DNA of 64,000 nucleotides from a virus (Duplodnaviria; Caudoviricetes): IMG/VR virus record IMGVR_UViG_3300033149_002250, positions 1,355 to 65,354 of that record; one strand, 5' to 3'. Shown piece by piece: positions 63,800 to 64,000 of this stretch (position 1 is its first letter; each line of letters starts with the position of its first letter). The notes under the pieces were generated by a model. It saw only the letters and a program-made list of their open reading frames with translations, ran no database searches and was not told where the DNA came from. The position numbers and the translations under genes were made by a program.

Positions 63800-64000
63800 C
63801 GCAGGTCTCCTTGCAACGGCACTTTCCGCGGGCCATCATCTCCAGCCCTTCGGCCTTGGCCTTAATCGCGGTTGGTTTGCGTCTCCGGTTTGTCAACCTC
63901 GGCGTAACTGGCGAGTTTTTCCTTGGCCTCCTCGACTTCCAGCCCCAATGTTGCGGCAAACGCCTTTGCGATGCACTGCAAACAAATATCCTCGGTTTTA

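Overview
This GC-rich window looks like most of a tailed phage or prophage genome with podovirus-like organisation. The host is probably a Planctomycete, inferred from the DUF1580 and MLVLTRK-type CsrA genes. Layout: (1) 1-5.6 kb, leftward recombination/regulation genes (DUF5131, PD-(D/E)XK nuclease, SSAP-like protein, YqaJ, CsrA, excisionase-like HTH). (2) 5.7-36.4 kb, leftward virion module (ejection, tail, holin, proteases, portal, TerL, MCP, scaffold) that also carries a sulfotransferase and a glycosyltransferase. (3) 37-38.6 kb, non-coding control region. (4) 38.6-55.3 kb, rightward early genes (clamp-loader-like AAA, MoxR/VWA pair, many small ORFs, serine recombinase) with repeated kissing-loop leader elements and a GGAGCAC start motif. 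(5) 55.3-64 kb, leftward replication operon. The most notable locus is 57.3-61.6 kb. It holds three consensus parS sites, a ~410-aa apparently nuclease-dead TnpB/Cas12f-like protein, an overlapping ParB-like gene, a candidate tracrRNA anti-repeat, a two-spacer CRISPR-like mini-array and an SMC/Rad50-like ATPase. Together these suggest an RNA-guided, ParB-coupled system. All assignments come from reading motifs by eye; no searches were run.
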